Positions 13,864-28,256 are shown, counted from the stretch's first letter. The stretch is 64,000 nt of DNA from Octopus sinensis (GCF_006345805.1 NC_042997.1:86862001-86926000); one strand, 5' to 3'. Notes: a model not told the origin generated them from the letters alone. Program-made: numbers and translations.

Positions 13864-14895
13864 TTAAACAGTTCGAACGTATACGAAGCAAAGAAATTAG
13901 CGTTGAAATAATTTTAATAGTAATTAGAATAATGATAAAAACGACAATAGAAGTGGCAATAGATGAAAATTAAATAATAAATATTAACAACACAGATAAA
14001 ATCCGAGAAATTGTGATATTTCCAATGAGAACGATAAGATCTCTTTTTTTAAAAAAACAGATCGATAATAAGTCAGCTAAATAAAAATAAAATCCGTCAA
14101 TCGATAAGCTTCAAGGGAGTTTTTCTTTGTTTTTCTGTTTCTTAAGTCCGAGATGAGTTAAGTTTCTTTCGTTGATAACTCACAAATATACATACGTATA
14201 TGCATATATACATACATGCATAAGCATGTATGTACACATAGAGACAAAACTCCTAACTTATGTCTGTATAGTGGTACACACGAGTATATATGCATGCATA
14301 TTTATAAGTATTTATGTTACGTATGTATGGTTGTATATATATATAATGTAGAGAGCAGGTGTAGATATAGATGTATAAAAGTGGATTTTTATACCTGTAC
14401 TTAAACAAGATTAGATTTGATAATCAGTAACTTTTGTAATGTTAGTCTTATAATTGTTTTTTTTTTTTGGCTTTTTGGTGCTATGTAATCAAATTTGAAA
14501 ACATAAACATTTAATACGTATATTTATTAGCAAATATATCAACATACGGATGCATTAAAGTGAGTATGTATGTGTATAATTATATACATATATAATTACA
14601 TGAATGTATTTGCGTGTACATTGACTAGATGTGCCTATATTTATATACAAATATATATATTTATATATATAGATATAAACGAGTAGATATATTACATATA
14701 AATATGTTATTTGTGTGTGTATATATTTACATATACGTATCAGTTATATGAATGTACAAATAATTTAATATATCAGTTATCTGACGCCGTGTTCACCTGT
14801 GAGCATGTGTGTATGCAAACATATATATATATATTAATCAGTGTGTGTGCCTGTGTGCGTGTGTGTGCGTTCGTTATGTTTAGTTCAGAACGTAC

Positions 14896-14934
14896 CTGTA
14901 CGCATCTATCTAAGCAGGCGTACAGAATTTGAGT
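14896..14934 (-). other. Putative short non-coding first exon of the SNAG gene, spliced to an acceptor at 14077
   Basis: TSS candidate 14934; donor CAG|GTACGT; acceptor candidate GGATTTTATTTTTATTTAG|C at 14077/14076. Splicing is inferred only, and the model would create a short upstream ORF. Confidence 0.3.
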
Positions 14935-14964
14935 GACTACAGTGCAGCGGTGTGACTTTATATA
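14931..14964 (-). promoter_or_regulatory. Candidate TATA box plus initiator for the SNAG gene
   Basis: Minus strand TATATAAAG starts at 14964. An Inr-like TCACTC has its A at 14934, 30 nt downstream of the first T. A CAG|GTACGT donor follows at 14896/14895. Confidence 0.45.
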
Positions 14965-15673
14965 TCACGGGTGTCGCCCCATTAGCTCCCCTACAACACA
15001 TCTTACCTTTTTCTTCTGTTTTTTTTTCTCTTCTCTCTCTCTTCCTCCTTCTACTTCTGTTCAACCACATGCTGTCGGGCTATTGTTTGCTCTCCCCCAC
15101 CTACCGCTACTTACTGATAGTTTTTTTTTCCTATTTTTTTCTTTCTTTCTTTACCTAACCTTCTATTTCCTCCATAAGGCACCACGGCGACGAGTAACTC
15201 CCCTCCACACCGCTATGAACGCCAGAACACTCGCAAACGCACACGCACACACACTCACACACTTTCATGCCACCACCGTCAACAACGTTACCACCACCAC
15301 AATCACCACCACCACCACCACCACTTCAACCAGCATACAACTTCTGCGTATACACGATCATTCAACCTGCTAGAAGTTACAGCTAGTTGCCTTTCAATCC
15401 ACGCTGTTCTAAATAACAAACAAACAAAAACAAAGAAAAAAATGAAAAGGGAGTACAGATTAGCAAATGTACTTCGAGGCCACAGCTGGAACAGCTTTGA
15501 TCATAAGTCTGGTCAAACAAGGGAGAAAACAGGAGTTAAAGAATCCTGATCACAACAGCATTAAACCAAGAACATTACAGCAATAGCACGCTCAAAGGCC
15601 AAACGAGGATGTCTGAGTAGTGGCTTGATGTACTAGAAATAACTGTTTAACTCTCTCAACTAACCTCCTCACT

Positions 15674-15719
<46 letters not shown>

Positions 15720-16694
15720 ACACACACACACCACACACACACATACGACGAGCTTCTTTCAGTTTCCGCGTACAAAATCCACTCACAAGGCTTTGGTCTG
15801 ACCGAGGCTACAGTGGAAGGTAACACGCAATGGGACTGAACCTGGAACGATGTGGTAGGGAAGGAAGCTGAAGCGACTTACCACACGGTCACGCCTGCTT
15901 TATATATATAAACATATATATATATATATAATATATATTATATATATATATTATATATATATATATTATATATATATATAATATGTATGTGTGTGTGTGT
16001 GTACATATATATACTGCCCCGGCAGGGCCGCCGTCCAATGATTGAAACAAGTAACAGATAAAAGATATATGTATAATATATATGCATCGAGGATGCCTCT
16101 AAGTGGTCGCTCGATGTACTAGAAATAACAGCTAAATTCTCTTTCAAAAGAAAATCTCCCTTTCTGCCTTACAAACATACACACATTATAACTTGGCGTT
16201 TATACATTGGCGTTATATATGGTACAAACCCTCGTCCTAGGTAGCCCTAAAAAGACGGGGTGGTCAAGGATGGATTACTATTGATTATTGGGAGATGGAT
16301 GTCAAGGTTGACTCGGAGTTAAATAACAACAATGAAAATATTAAGAACAAAATAACAATCGTCGCCTGTGACACTCGTGCTCCTTCCCACTCTTCCACCC
16401 CTGCTGTCCCTCACGCTCTCCTTTCTTCATTCCCGTCACGGCACGCTTCTCCCTCTGTCTCTCCTTTTTACCTCCCCTTCACGGCACACTTCTCTTTCTC
16501 CGCCTCTTTCTCTCTCTCTCTCTCTTCCTCCCTCCTTTCACTATTCATATTGTTCAATAAAAATATCCTTCTTACATTTTGTCAAGGGCCTCATCCCACC
16601 GTCGCCCTGCCGTCATCACTACCATCACAGCTATCACCTGCACATACTACCACAACTTTTCACCACCACAGACCACTCACTACCTGCGCACGCG

Positions 16695-16729
<35 letters not shown>

Positions 16730-17333
16730 ACACAAACATTATGCTCTTCTAACTACTACTTCTCCCCCCCTCCTCCTCCTCTTCCTACTACTACTACTAC
16801 TACTACTACTTTAAGCAGGTATTTCCTCCTTAATTGGGTTTTAATTTTTCCTTATGCCCTCTATCACTTTTTCTTTTTCCGACTCTCTCTCTCTTCCTCT
16901 CTCTTTCTATTTTCTTATCTTTGTTCATTTTTCCCATCTCTTTATCGCGCTCACTTTCTCTCATTCGTCTTTCCTTCTTTCCTTCCTTCCTTCCTTCCTT
17001 CCTTCCTTCCTTCCTTCCTTCCTTCCTTCTTCCTCCTCCCCCTCTCTTTCTCTCGCTTTCTTTATTCTGTCTCTATCTCCTCTCTGTTTTTCTTATGTGT
17101 ATGTATAACTCGAACTGTGTGCCAATCTGGTAAGAAGTTTGCTTCCCAACCGATTGGTTCCGGGTATAGTCCAACAGATTGGCACATTGGGCAAGTCTTT
17201 TCTACATCGGGTCGGCCATAGCCTTGTGAATAGATTCGTGTGTGTGTGTGGTTTATAGAACGCGGAGTGAGTATGTATATATATATATATGTGGGTGTGT
17301 GTGTGTGTATCTATATAGTATATAGTATATATG

Positions 17334-17383
<50 letters not shown>

Positions 17384-17451
17384 CGACCTCGTGAGACCAC
17401 TTGCATTTTTTTCTTCTCTGTCCTCCCACCTCGGATCTTTCTTTCTCTTAT

Positions 17452-17486
17452 GTTTCCGACGAAGAGCTCCGCTCGAAACGTCATAC
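17452..17486 (+). ncRNA. Minimal hammerhead motif, mutated (U4 to C), in a Penelope-type terminal fragment
   Basis: CCGACGA-A-GAGC-TCC-GCTC-GAAAC-GTC|ATAC. Same architecture as 29456-29491. Confidence 0.5.
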
Positions 17487-17577
17487 CCCCTTCTCCCCTT
17501 TTTTCCTGACCGCCTAATAATACTTTAATTGTTCCACCTCCTTGCGTTGTTGTCTTTTTTGTTTTCTGTTTGGATTA

Positions 17578-17614
<37 letters not shown>

Positions 17615-17812
17615 AGATGTACTTACATAGCAAGTGATTTGATCTGAGATGGTGTGCTGAAACGAAAACAATTGCAGCGTGGAAGGTGTTTGCAAGCCAT
17701 TTAAGAAACACACAAAAGCCGTTCGATTCACTTCAACATTTAAGTATAATTTGTCAAAATATTTTCGTCGCTATAAGACCGCGACCTGTTCACTGACAAA
17801 AATCTGACAAAA

Positions 17813-17867
<55 letters not shown>

Positions 17868-19282
17868 GTGTGTGTGTGTGTGTGTATGTATATGTGTATA
17901 TATATATATATTATATATATATATATATGTATATATATATGTATATGTATATATATATATATGTATATATATATGCGTGTATATGTATGTATATATGTGT
18001 GTGTATATATATGTATATATGTGTGTATATATATATATGTATATATATATGTGTATAGATATGTATATGTGTGTGTGTATATGTGTATATATATGTATAT
18101 ATATGTGTGTATATATATGTATATATATGTGTATATATATGAATATATGTGTATATACGTATATTTAAAAGAGTTAAGGAATGGCGTTGGTAAGATCCGG
18201 GCTACATAAAATAAACCACCATTGTTCCTGAAAGGTGTTTTTTATATTTACTACAGATTGCTTAAAGCTAACTTTCTTCCCACACCTCGATCCTTGGATC
18301 TTACATTTATATTTACACACACACACACCTATATATATACATATATATAACATTTGATATGGGCGATTCTTTCTTGTCTTGGTGGAATTGCGCGGAAAAT
18401 TACATAGATGTGTAGAATGATCCGGTGGTGTTGATGGGCTTTTTTTTCATGGCTCCCATGGTTACCGAGATAATCTACTATAATAATACTCTTGTGTTTA
18501 TGAATTAGAAAGGAAGGGGTGATAAATGAATAAGGAAGGAAGGGGTGAGCGTTTCAACTCTGTGTGTATATATGTGTGTATGTAAAAGGGGGTATGTGAA
18601 TGTGTGTGTGTGTGTGTTTGTGTGCGTGCATGTGCGCGCACAATGGAAGGGAGATGGTTCATCTTTGTTCGCTGATTATTTGAGTTTATGTTTTGATTTG
18701 GTTGAATCTTGGTTTTTTTGTTGTTGGTCAGTTATTTTTAGCGTTTTGACAGAAAACGTCGTTCTAAAATTCTTTTTTAACGTAAACGTGCCCAAAGAAG
18801 TCGAAGTCATACACAGAGCAGGTTTTACAGCCACATCATCCAAAGCAACCGGGTGAAACCGGGCTTAGCTGCTAGTGTATATATATTTATATATACAGGT
18901 GTATATGCATGCATGCATGTATGTATGTATGTATGTATGTATGTATGTATGTATGTATGTATGTATGTATGTATGTATGTATCTATCATTGCAACCTTAA
19001 TAATTATAGCTACTCCAGCAACAACAACAACGTTAATAATGATGATGAATGATATCTCAGTCATGAGCTGGACGAGTAATGTGGGAAAGAAGAAACAAGC
19101 AATCTTAAAGTAAGAGCCCCAAAATCTGGAAGTTAACAAACCAGAAAGAATTTGAATTCACCTGAAAGCCTGGTTATCCTCTGTTCCAGACAGGTGATCA
19201 ATTCTCTGTTTCAGGTATTATGTTACTTTGTTAGTAAGTTAGTTACTGTGTGTGTTTGAGAGAGAGAGAGAGAGAGAGAGGG

Positions 19283-19328
<46 letters not shown>

Positions 19329-19553
19329 AAGGAAATCTTTAAGAAAGTATGTGTATGCGCCGACTTCAGTGGAGGATTATATATGCATATAATTTATCTT
19401 TTACTTGAAGAATTTTAAGTGGAATGAATCTATTGGTCTGTTTTGTCGAACCGCTAAGTTACGGGTATGTAAACACACCAGCGCCGATTGTCAAGCGGTG
19501 ATGGGGACAAACATAGACACAAAGACACGCACACACCCATATATATATATATA

Positions 19554-19584
<31 letters not shown>

Positions 19585-19596
<12 letters not shown>

Positions 19597-19727
19597 TATA
19601 AATATATGCATATATACATACATATATTTGTACATAAAGAACATTCCCTTCATAAGTTGTCCCCTGTTTTATCTACTCCGCGTTTCGCAGTATATGTATG
19701 TATGTATGTATGTGTGTGTATATATAT

Positions 19728-19775
<48 letters not shown>

Positions 19776-19933
19776 ATAAATAAATAAAATATAAATATAT
19801 GCATATATACATACATATATTTGTACATAAAGAACATTCCCTTCATAAGTTGTCCCCTGTTTTATCTACTCCGCGTTTCGCAGTATATGTATGTATGTAT
19901 GTATGTGTGTGTATATATATATATAATATATAT

Positions 19934-19950
<17 letters not shown>
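19585..19950 (+). repeat. Direct tandem duplication, period 193 bp, bounded by (AT)n
   Basis: The unique core ...GTACATAAAGAACATTCCCTTCATAAGTTGTCCCCTGTTTTATCTACTCCGCGTTTCGCAG... appears twice identically. Confidence 0.9.
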
Positions 19951-19982
<32 letters not shown>

Positions 19983-20575
19983 TAATAGACATACTTACAC
20001 ACACACATATACACACATAGTAACATAGTAGAAGCCTTTTTCTTTGCAATCACCACAGGACGTAATATTTTCGATAAAAATACAGTTTGAGAGTCAATGG
20101 TACCCTCATGATCTAGGAGTGATGATGGACCCCACCAAGATTAACAAGCCCTAAAAAAAACTAAAGGAAACATGATTGGAAGTGACAGCAATATTTAATT
20201 CTATGCAAGATCAACCGGGACCGGGGTTAATAAAGTAAAGCTGAAAACCAGACTTGGGTGGAAAAAAATTGAAGAAAACAATGCAGATGCCCCAGTAACA
20301 GAAATGTCATGGGAACGACTTCACACACACACGCGCGCGCGCGTATAAATTAAGACATATATGAATATATATAATAATATGCTTGTGTGTGTTTGTGTTT
20401 ATATATATATATACTTATATTCAATCATAGACGGTTTCTGGTTAATTTCTCAGTATTGTCTTTTTAAAAATGACGCCCGTTGCACATGTCAGTTCACCTG
20501 CCACCTGCCGCCGATGATAACATCGCAACTGCATTCGTCTTTTCACCGTACTCAATGTCTCCTGACTTATCACTG

Positions 20576-20627
<52 letters not shown>

Positions 20628-20679
20628 ATTCTTATGCTTATTATTATGCTTAATATAAGATCGATGGATGAGTAGAATT

Positions 20680-21460
20680 GATAGATTTTGACAGAATACC
20701 TTGCCGTATTTTGGTGCGTCGTTTTGCGTTCTAAGTTCAAATCTCGCCGAGATCAACTTTGCCGTTCATCTTTGCGTACAAGATAAAATAGAGCACCAAT
20801 AATATATTCTTTTCTACCCTAAGCATAAGGCCCGAAATTTTTGAGTACGGGTGCAGTCGATTAGATCGATCCCAGTATTTCACTGGTACTTAACTCATCG
20901 ACCCGAAAGGATGAAAGGCAAAGTCGACCTCGGCGGAATTTGACGAATCATATATTCTGAAATTAATATAATATCAGTATATAAGGCGGCGAGCTGGCAG
21001 AAACGTTAGCACGCCAGGCGAAATGCTTAGCAGTATTTCGTCTGTCTTTACGTTCTCAGTTCAAATTCTGCCGAGGTCGACTTTGCCTTTCATCCATTCG
21101 GGGTGTATAAATTAAGTACCAGTTGCGACTGGACTCCTTCCCCAAAATTTCGGGCCTTGTGCCTAGAGTAGAAAAGAATATTTAGTTTCGTAGATTTCCA
21201 CTTTTTTACGACCGTAAAACTCGAAAATAATATAACAGCTCTCGCAAAAAAGTAAAAGAAATCCAGTTCATAAAGTAAGTAGTTTAAATTTTGGCATAAG
21301 GCTTGCAATTTTAAGGAAACGGAATTAGTCGATTACATCGACCTCAGTACTCAACTGGTAATTATTTTGTTGACCCTGAAAGGAATTTGAACTCAGACGG
21401 TAAAGACGGATGGAAAGCCGTTAGGCATTTTGCTCAGCGTACAGCATATGACGTGAAGAA
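20680..21460. mobile_element. Cluster of tRNA-derived SINE family B copies in both orientations
   Basis: Repeated AAGGCGGCGAGCTGGCAG...GAGTTCAAATTC..GCCGAGGTCGACTTTGCCTTTCATCC..GGGGTCGATAAATTAAGTACCAG. The core resembles Nin/Deu-type SINE domains. Confidence 0.85.
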
Positions 21461-22049
21461 CGGGAAAAAATGCCGTAAAACATTTTGTCCGGTACATCTG
21501 TTGTTCACCGCCTTAGAATGAACTCGTATAACGAGAAGGAAAGAAAAGATAATAAACATGTAGGCGCAGAGATGGCTGTATGGTAAGAAGCTTGCTTTTC
21601 AACCACATGTTTCCGGGTTCAGTCCCACAGCGTAGCACCTTGGGCAGGTTTTTTTCTACTATAGCCTCGGGCAGACCAAAGCCTTGTGAGTGGATTTGGT
21701 AGACGGAAATTGGAAGAAGCCCTCGAAAAGGGCTTTAATGCGTCCCCAGATTATATAGAACTAGGAGGAAATGCCAATAAGGTATATATACCAAAATTGT
21801 GAAGCATGTTACGTATTAACATTCTAATCGGATATGAGATAGCAATAATTCAAAGTAAATAACTCTGAAAAGGGCTTTTGTGCATTCCCAAAGAATATAA
21901 CCCTTAGGGGCGCTAGTGTTGAAATAGATTTACAATGAATGTAGAAACAGACTGACAGTTTTACAGGAGACATACAAATAGATTTTAAAATAAAATAACA
22001 TATAGATTATCAATACATTTACAACACTTACAAATATAGTTAAATAATA

Positions 22050-23173
22050 AATACCTGATGATTTGGTGAATCTTGTTAAGTTTGCAGAGCTTCTTGATAA
22101 ACAACATTTTTGGTCTTTTCTTGTGGGGCATAAACAAACTAATGATTTGGATTGCCGACTCATCAACATGATAGAAAATGGGTGGCGCAGTTGACTTGGC
22201 GTTCTGCTGACTGCTACTTCCTCCAGTATCTGGTTCCAGTGAGCATCGTGATCCAGTAGTCCATATTTGGCGCAGGCTTTTCTGATATTGTGCAGACTTC
22301 CCTATTGTGTCTTCGAAGGTCTGATAGTATGCAGCAGAAAACGCAAAAAGAAGCACTCCTGTTGATTAGGTTGCACAGTGTACACCCGCCCCTTGGCCCC
22401 ACTTTTGAAGACAGCACCTTCTTCCCAGCCCTCAACGTGAGCTCCTTGTTTGCGTCTATTCCATCTATTGTGTGACCAGGTATAGTACACGGGAACCTCA
22501 ACATACAACAGTGTTCGGGCACACAGATCACATTGACATAATTTGAAGAAAGCTGTCGAAGTGGTTTCTGCTGGATTCAGAATCACGTTTCAAGCATTGT
22601 CTTCTGGGAAATGTACACGCTGGCCATTTTCAAGATGTACAGATAGTTTCACCACTGTTGGATGCCCCTCGTGGATTTCGAAGCCCTCGTTAGAGGAAAT
22701 ATACCTGCCCAACTTATATTGCCTGCCTTCTTGTTCAAGTCCCTGAGCCCTTATTGATGTATTTACATACATATTTAATACTTTTTATAGAATTGCATGA
22801 CTCAACATTAACATAAGCTTGCAATGTTTTAGACAGCAATGGCTTATAGGACACGATCCTTTCTGTTGTCAATTTCTATCCCTTGACCATTAACTTTGAG
22901 CTTGGTAGTGTTTAGGGTGATCAAAGGAAAACGAATGGGTTATTTCCCTCCACTATTAAAGGAAAATATATTGGTTATGTATTAGATGGCTAAGGCCCCT
23001 AGAGGAGGCCTTAGCCATCCAATTATATATTTTACATAAATTTCAATGAGCCTAGTAACAAAATGGATGTCACTTTAACATGTTTGCAAAGTTTCGCGAA
23101 AATTCGTTAACGGGTGTAGACGGCAACTTGACACAACAGACATCCAAACAGACAATTTGCGTTTATATATAGA
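22050..23173 (-). mobile_element. Helitron fragment: 5' TC terminus plus degenerate RepHel coding segment
   Basis: Minus-strand translations GRYISSNEG..IHEGHPTVVKLSVHLENGQRVHF, TTSTAFFKLC...ARTLLYVEVPVYYTW and GRVYTVQPNQQECFFLRFLLH are typical of the Helitron Rep-helicase linker. The host-A|TCTATATATAAA 5' end is at 23173 on the same strand. Confidence 0.85.
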
Positions 23174-23187
23174 TGTATGTATGTAAG

Positions 23188-23248
<61 letters not shown>

Positions 23249-23302
23249 ATATATATGTATGTATGCATGCATATATATATATGTATATATATTATGTGTA
23301 TA

Positions 23303-23364
<62 letters not shown>

Positions 23365-23509
23365 GTGATATATATATGTATGTATATATATGTATAATAT
23401 TATATACACATATATATGTATGTATATATATGTGTATGTATGTTTTTATATGTATGTATATATATATGTATGCATGTATGCATGTATGTATGTATGTATG
23501 TATGGCGAC

Positions 23510-23815
23510 TCTAGTCTGACTCCTCCATCTCGCACATCTCCCCTAACCAACCCATTCCCTCCTTCAAACGAACCCATAACTTGCGTGACCTCTTGGTCCA
23601 CAGTTTCTTCCCTAACCCCACCGATAGCCTGGCTCGTTCCCGTGCTCCCTCCTACGCTGCCGTACTTGCCCCTACCTCTTCAACACCATCATCCTCACAG
23701 GCACCTATCATCGTCCCTAACACATCACCGACTCCTCTACCTGTACTTCTTGGAGTGTCATTTACTGCATGTCCCACTCTTTCTGCTCTATTTCTGAACG
23801 CAGAATGCAAAGAGC
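23510..23815 (+). mobile_element. Penelope-like element fragment (linker before GIY-YIG), same family as 29400-31184
   Basis: Translates as FKRTHNLRDLLVHSFFPNP...RCRTCPYL...SVIYC, homologous to the minus-strand 30386-30817 ORF. Confidence 0.75.
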
Positions 23816-23994
23816 CGAAACAAATACCACAAGGCATTCTATTTGAATAACAAATGCAGCGTATCTCAAGAGACTCCAGGGTCCCACGACTGATCACGAG
23901 CGGGGTCTCTCGTAATAAATAGCGTAATAACATACATGTACAATATTTTATTCCATAGTTACGTTGTGTGTGTAAGCGAAAGCAGGGCATTATA

Positions 23995-24300
23995 ATCACT
24001 CGTCTTTATTTGTTTGTGTGTTTTCAAAATTACTGGTAAACGGCTGAACGGATTTTCACCAAATTTGGCAGAAATACTCATTGAGTGAGTGGCTCGAAGT
24101 TATGAAAATTTGGTTTGATTATCTCCAAACATACATAAATACATACATAGATATGCGACTCTGTGTGTGTGTGTGTGTTGTGTGTGTGAATGCGCGCGTG
24201 TGTACAGTGATGGATTTGAGGGTTTCGTTTATCTACGAGTTGATTTCTTTATTTCACCGGAGTATAAATACCTATAATGGTGATACTTAAAAAAAAATAA
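23995..24300 (+). mobile_element. Possible non-autonomous Helitron-like fragment
   Basis: GTTTGTGTG...AAACGGCTGAACGGATTTTCACCAAATTTGGCA resembles the subterminal motif near 23090-23150; termini not identified. Confidence 0.35.
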
Positions 24301-24934
24301 TAAATAATCGAACTTACAAATTTCCCGATGAGCAATTCGTCATATTATCTATATCCACAATGAACTACAGTACCTTTGATTCACATGCCATCGTTGAAAG
24401 ACGTTCAAAACATTACTCAAATTCTATGCAAATATTTTCTATAAGTATTTCATTTTATTCACTTACTTTTTCATATGAATCTACCCTCGTTTGCGAGTGT
24501 ATAGATCATGGTGTACCTATGTGCGACAGACATATCGTCACCTGCATTCTTTGAGTAGTATTTTGTTTCTTCTATCTCGGAAGGATTGAAGGGCAAAGCC
24601 GATCTCTGCTGGATCTGGACACAGAGATAGAAGAACATACACTTTTTGAGTTCAAATCCATCCGAAGACGACTTTGCTTTTATATATTTTTTCAGTGGTC
24701 GATAAATCATCATTGTCCTCCACCTCCTTCTTCTTCTCATCATCATCATCATCGACGTCGTCATCATTATCATCGTAGTCGTCATCATCATCAAGTTCCT
24801 TCTCCTCATCATCATTGACATCGTTGTCATCATCGTCCTCGTCGTCACCGCCACCGCCGTCACGACGACGACGACCACCACCACCACCGCCGTCACGACG
24901 ACGACGACGACCACCACCACCACCACCACCTACC

Positions 24935-24998
<64 letters not shown>

Positions 24999-25189
24999 AC
25001 CGAGGTTAGGAGGAAATCTCTTCGTGGTCCTAAAACATGCTAGAAATAGCATCCAAATCTCTCTGAAATCATATCCTGCCATCTTGAAAAAATCGAAAGA
25101 AAGGGAACATTAGATAGTTTTGGTTACCTCCAAAAGATGGGATAGTCATGGCAGGATTGTCTTAGGTGATAGATCTAATGAATCACCGT

Positions 25190-25315
25190 TGCCCAGGGAC
25201 TAAGTAGCAGTATGCAGCAGAAATGGTTTCAAATTTTGACACTAAGTCAGCAATTTGATGGTGGAGGTAAGTCGATTACATCGACCTTAACTGGTACTTC
25301 TTTAAACGGCCTTGA

Positions 25316-25394
<79 letters not shown>

Positions 25395-25870
25395 GAAGAC
25401 AAAGCTGACCTCGGTGGAATTTGAACGCATAACGTAAAGAGGTGGAAGAAATTCAGTTAAGCATTTTGTCCGGTTCGCTAACGTTTCTGCTAGTAATAAT
25501 GGTTACAAATTCTGGCACAAGGCAGCAATTTCGGGGAGGGGCAAATCGATTAAATCGACCCCTGTGCTTAACTGGATGAAAGGCAAATTTAACCATGGCG
25601 GAATTTCAACTCAGAACGTAAAGCCGGACGAAATGTTTCTAAGCATTTTGTCCGGCGTGCTAATGATTTTGCCAGCTTGCTACTTGATTCTACAAGAAAT
25701 ACTCCTTTCTATTGTAGGCACAAGGCTTGAAATTTGGGGATGGAGGTGGCTAGTGAATTGCATCGATCCCAGTATTTCATTGGTACCTATTTTATCAACC
25801 TCGAACGTATGGAAGGCAAAGTCGACCTCGGCGGAATTTGAACTCTCTTGCCCGGCGTACTAACGATTCT
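25190..25870 (-). mobile_element. Three tandem minus-strand SINE family B copies, one with an (AAAG)n insert
   Basis: Recurrent GCAAAGTCGACCTCGGCGGAATTTGAAC core near 25400, 25590 and 25820. Confidence 0.8.
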
Positions 25871-27492
25871 ACCAGCTTAGCACATTGACTCTACCAGTAA
25901 TAATAACAACCACGACAATAACAACAACAAAAACAACAACAATGACGACAACCACAACAAAAAAATCAACTGCAGTAACAACCACAATCGCAACAGCAAT
26001 AACGACATTAAGACGCTTAACAATGACAACAATATTACACTAGCTCCTATCAACAAGAGATCACTATTAACTAAATGAATACACTTCCTTCCCTCATCTG
26101 TACTCCACCGTCACCGACACCACCCCACGACGACGACGACCACCACCACTACCACCACCATCACCACCACCACCATCATCACCACCACCATCACCACCAT
26201 CACCATCACCACCACCACTGTAAGCGTTTCCTGCTGTTGCTGGGTTTTTTTCGCACCGCCACTCTTCCTTGTCGCTGATATTTGGTCGGTTGTCGTAACT
26301 AGGTTTAACAATGTAATTATTCAATACAGCGAAACATAAACTTTTACAGGTACGTTTTATTGACTTTAGTTCATCTGTGTGGACGCACGCGCACGTGTAC
26401 ACGTGTGTGTGTGTATGTGTGTATGTGTGTACGCGCCCATACGTAAGAGTGTACTCTGAGTTGTGTGTGTGTGTGTATGTGCATGTATGTGTGAGTGTGT
26501 AGTCAATGCAGCTTGTGTGAATATGGATGTGCATGTAGTCTGCGTGTATATGTGTGCATGTGTGTGAGAGAGAGTAGTTTATGTAGTTTGCTTGTGTGTG
26601 TAGCCTGTGGCTTGTATGCGCTCCTGTGATGTGATGTGTGTGTGTATGTGTGTGTATGTGTGTGCGTGCATGCGTGTGTGTGAATATGCATAACAAATGT
26701 TCGTGTGTTTGACAAATGATTCCCTGTTTTGTATTGTAACATACGTTGTATACAAACAAAAACAAAAACAATAATACAAAACCCAAACGAAACCATAGTC
26801 ATCACGTGACAGCGGGTTTGGTAACATGTAGCATGCTTTCGATAATGGTTTTAGTTGCCTCTTTTCAGCACTCCTTTACTTAAACTAGAGGAACATCCAC
26901 GGTGTAACTGCTGGTGCGAGTGGCGGCTGCACCAACGCTTGGGTTGAGTAGATGGAACAGCGTGAAATGATGTATCATGCTCAAAGCAAAACCACAGTAC
27001 CTGGTTCAGGAATCGAATGCATATCTGTATCATCGTGAGCACAATACTCTAACGATCACACACGCGCACAAGTACGAACAAGCGAAAGTCGGTCTGTCTG
27101 TTTGTCAGGTTGTCTGTCTGAATTTATATATGCATGCATGTATGTACACAAACAAATGTATGTATGTATATTATGCATGTACGTATAAAATAATATATAA
27201 TATAGGGATATTACATACATACATAGATTCATACATGCATGCATACATACATACATATATACATCCATCCATCCATCCAGCCATCCATCCATCCATCTAT
27301 CCATCCACATCCATACATACATACATACGTACATACATACATACATACAAACATACATATATACACGCGTTCGAGAATAAACATGAGAGCAACAACTGGA
27401 CGGCATATTGTATCAAATTAATGATGTAAAATGGAGATACAAGTTGCCAAAAATCACCTGCAAAAGTCCGAAAAACGTTTGATTCAGGACAG

Positions 27493-27524
<32 letters not shown>

Positions 27525-27821
27525 TGTATGTATGTATGTATGTATGTATGTATGTATGTATGTATGTATGCATGTATGTATGTATGTATTTTATGTATGT
27601 ATGGATGTATGTATATACATACATACATATATATAATATAAATTTGAGAAAAAAAAACACTATTATGCAATTCAAACATGATAGACGTAAACCAAATCAT
27701 ACATAAAAAAATATATATTTATAAAACAAATAACTAGATCACAAAAAGTATAGAATGAATAATCAATATATAATAAGCATATATATATATATTATATATA
27801 TATATAAAGATATATAATAAG

Positions 27822-27853
<32 letters not shown>

Positions 27854-28045
27854 TATTATATATATATATATAATATGTGTGTATATATAGGCAGGGCTGG
27901 CCTGCTAGGTAGCCGGCCGAATACTAGAAAGAGATCATCAACGATCAAACTACAAGGGAAATTCTCTAGAGGAAGAATTCAGCGAATACCAGAACCAAAT
28001 TTGGCGGGCAGGACATATGAAAATTTAAATAAAAAACAGACTTAA

Positions 28046-28120
28046 ATGCATACCTCGGTTTCGGTCTTTAACAAAAGATTTACTTACATAATTCAAATGT
28101 CCGTGACTTCATCAGTACAC
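28046..28120 (-). ncRNA. Type I hammerhead ribozyme, near-intact
   Basis: Minus strand: GTGTA-CTGATGA-AGTC...GACC-GAAAC-CGAG-GTA|TGCAT. The core is intact, the first stem-II pair is mismatched, and stem I includes G-U pairs. Confidence 0.65.
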
Positions 28121-28197
28121 ATTCGGTCATCGAGATGCAAACTGTAAAAACTAACCCCAGCTCTCTGTGTCAAGACAGACACGTGCTTATTTTTACC

Positions 28198-28256
<59 letters not shown>

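Noticed and set aside
16295-17221. 308-aa ORF
   Set aside because: Built from CT-rich, (CA)n, (TAC)n and (CCTT)n tracts, and ends in a SINE head.
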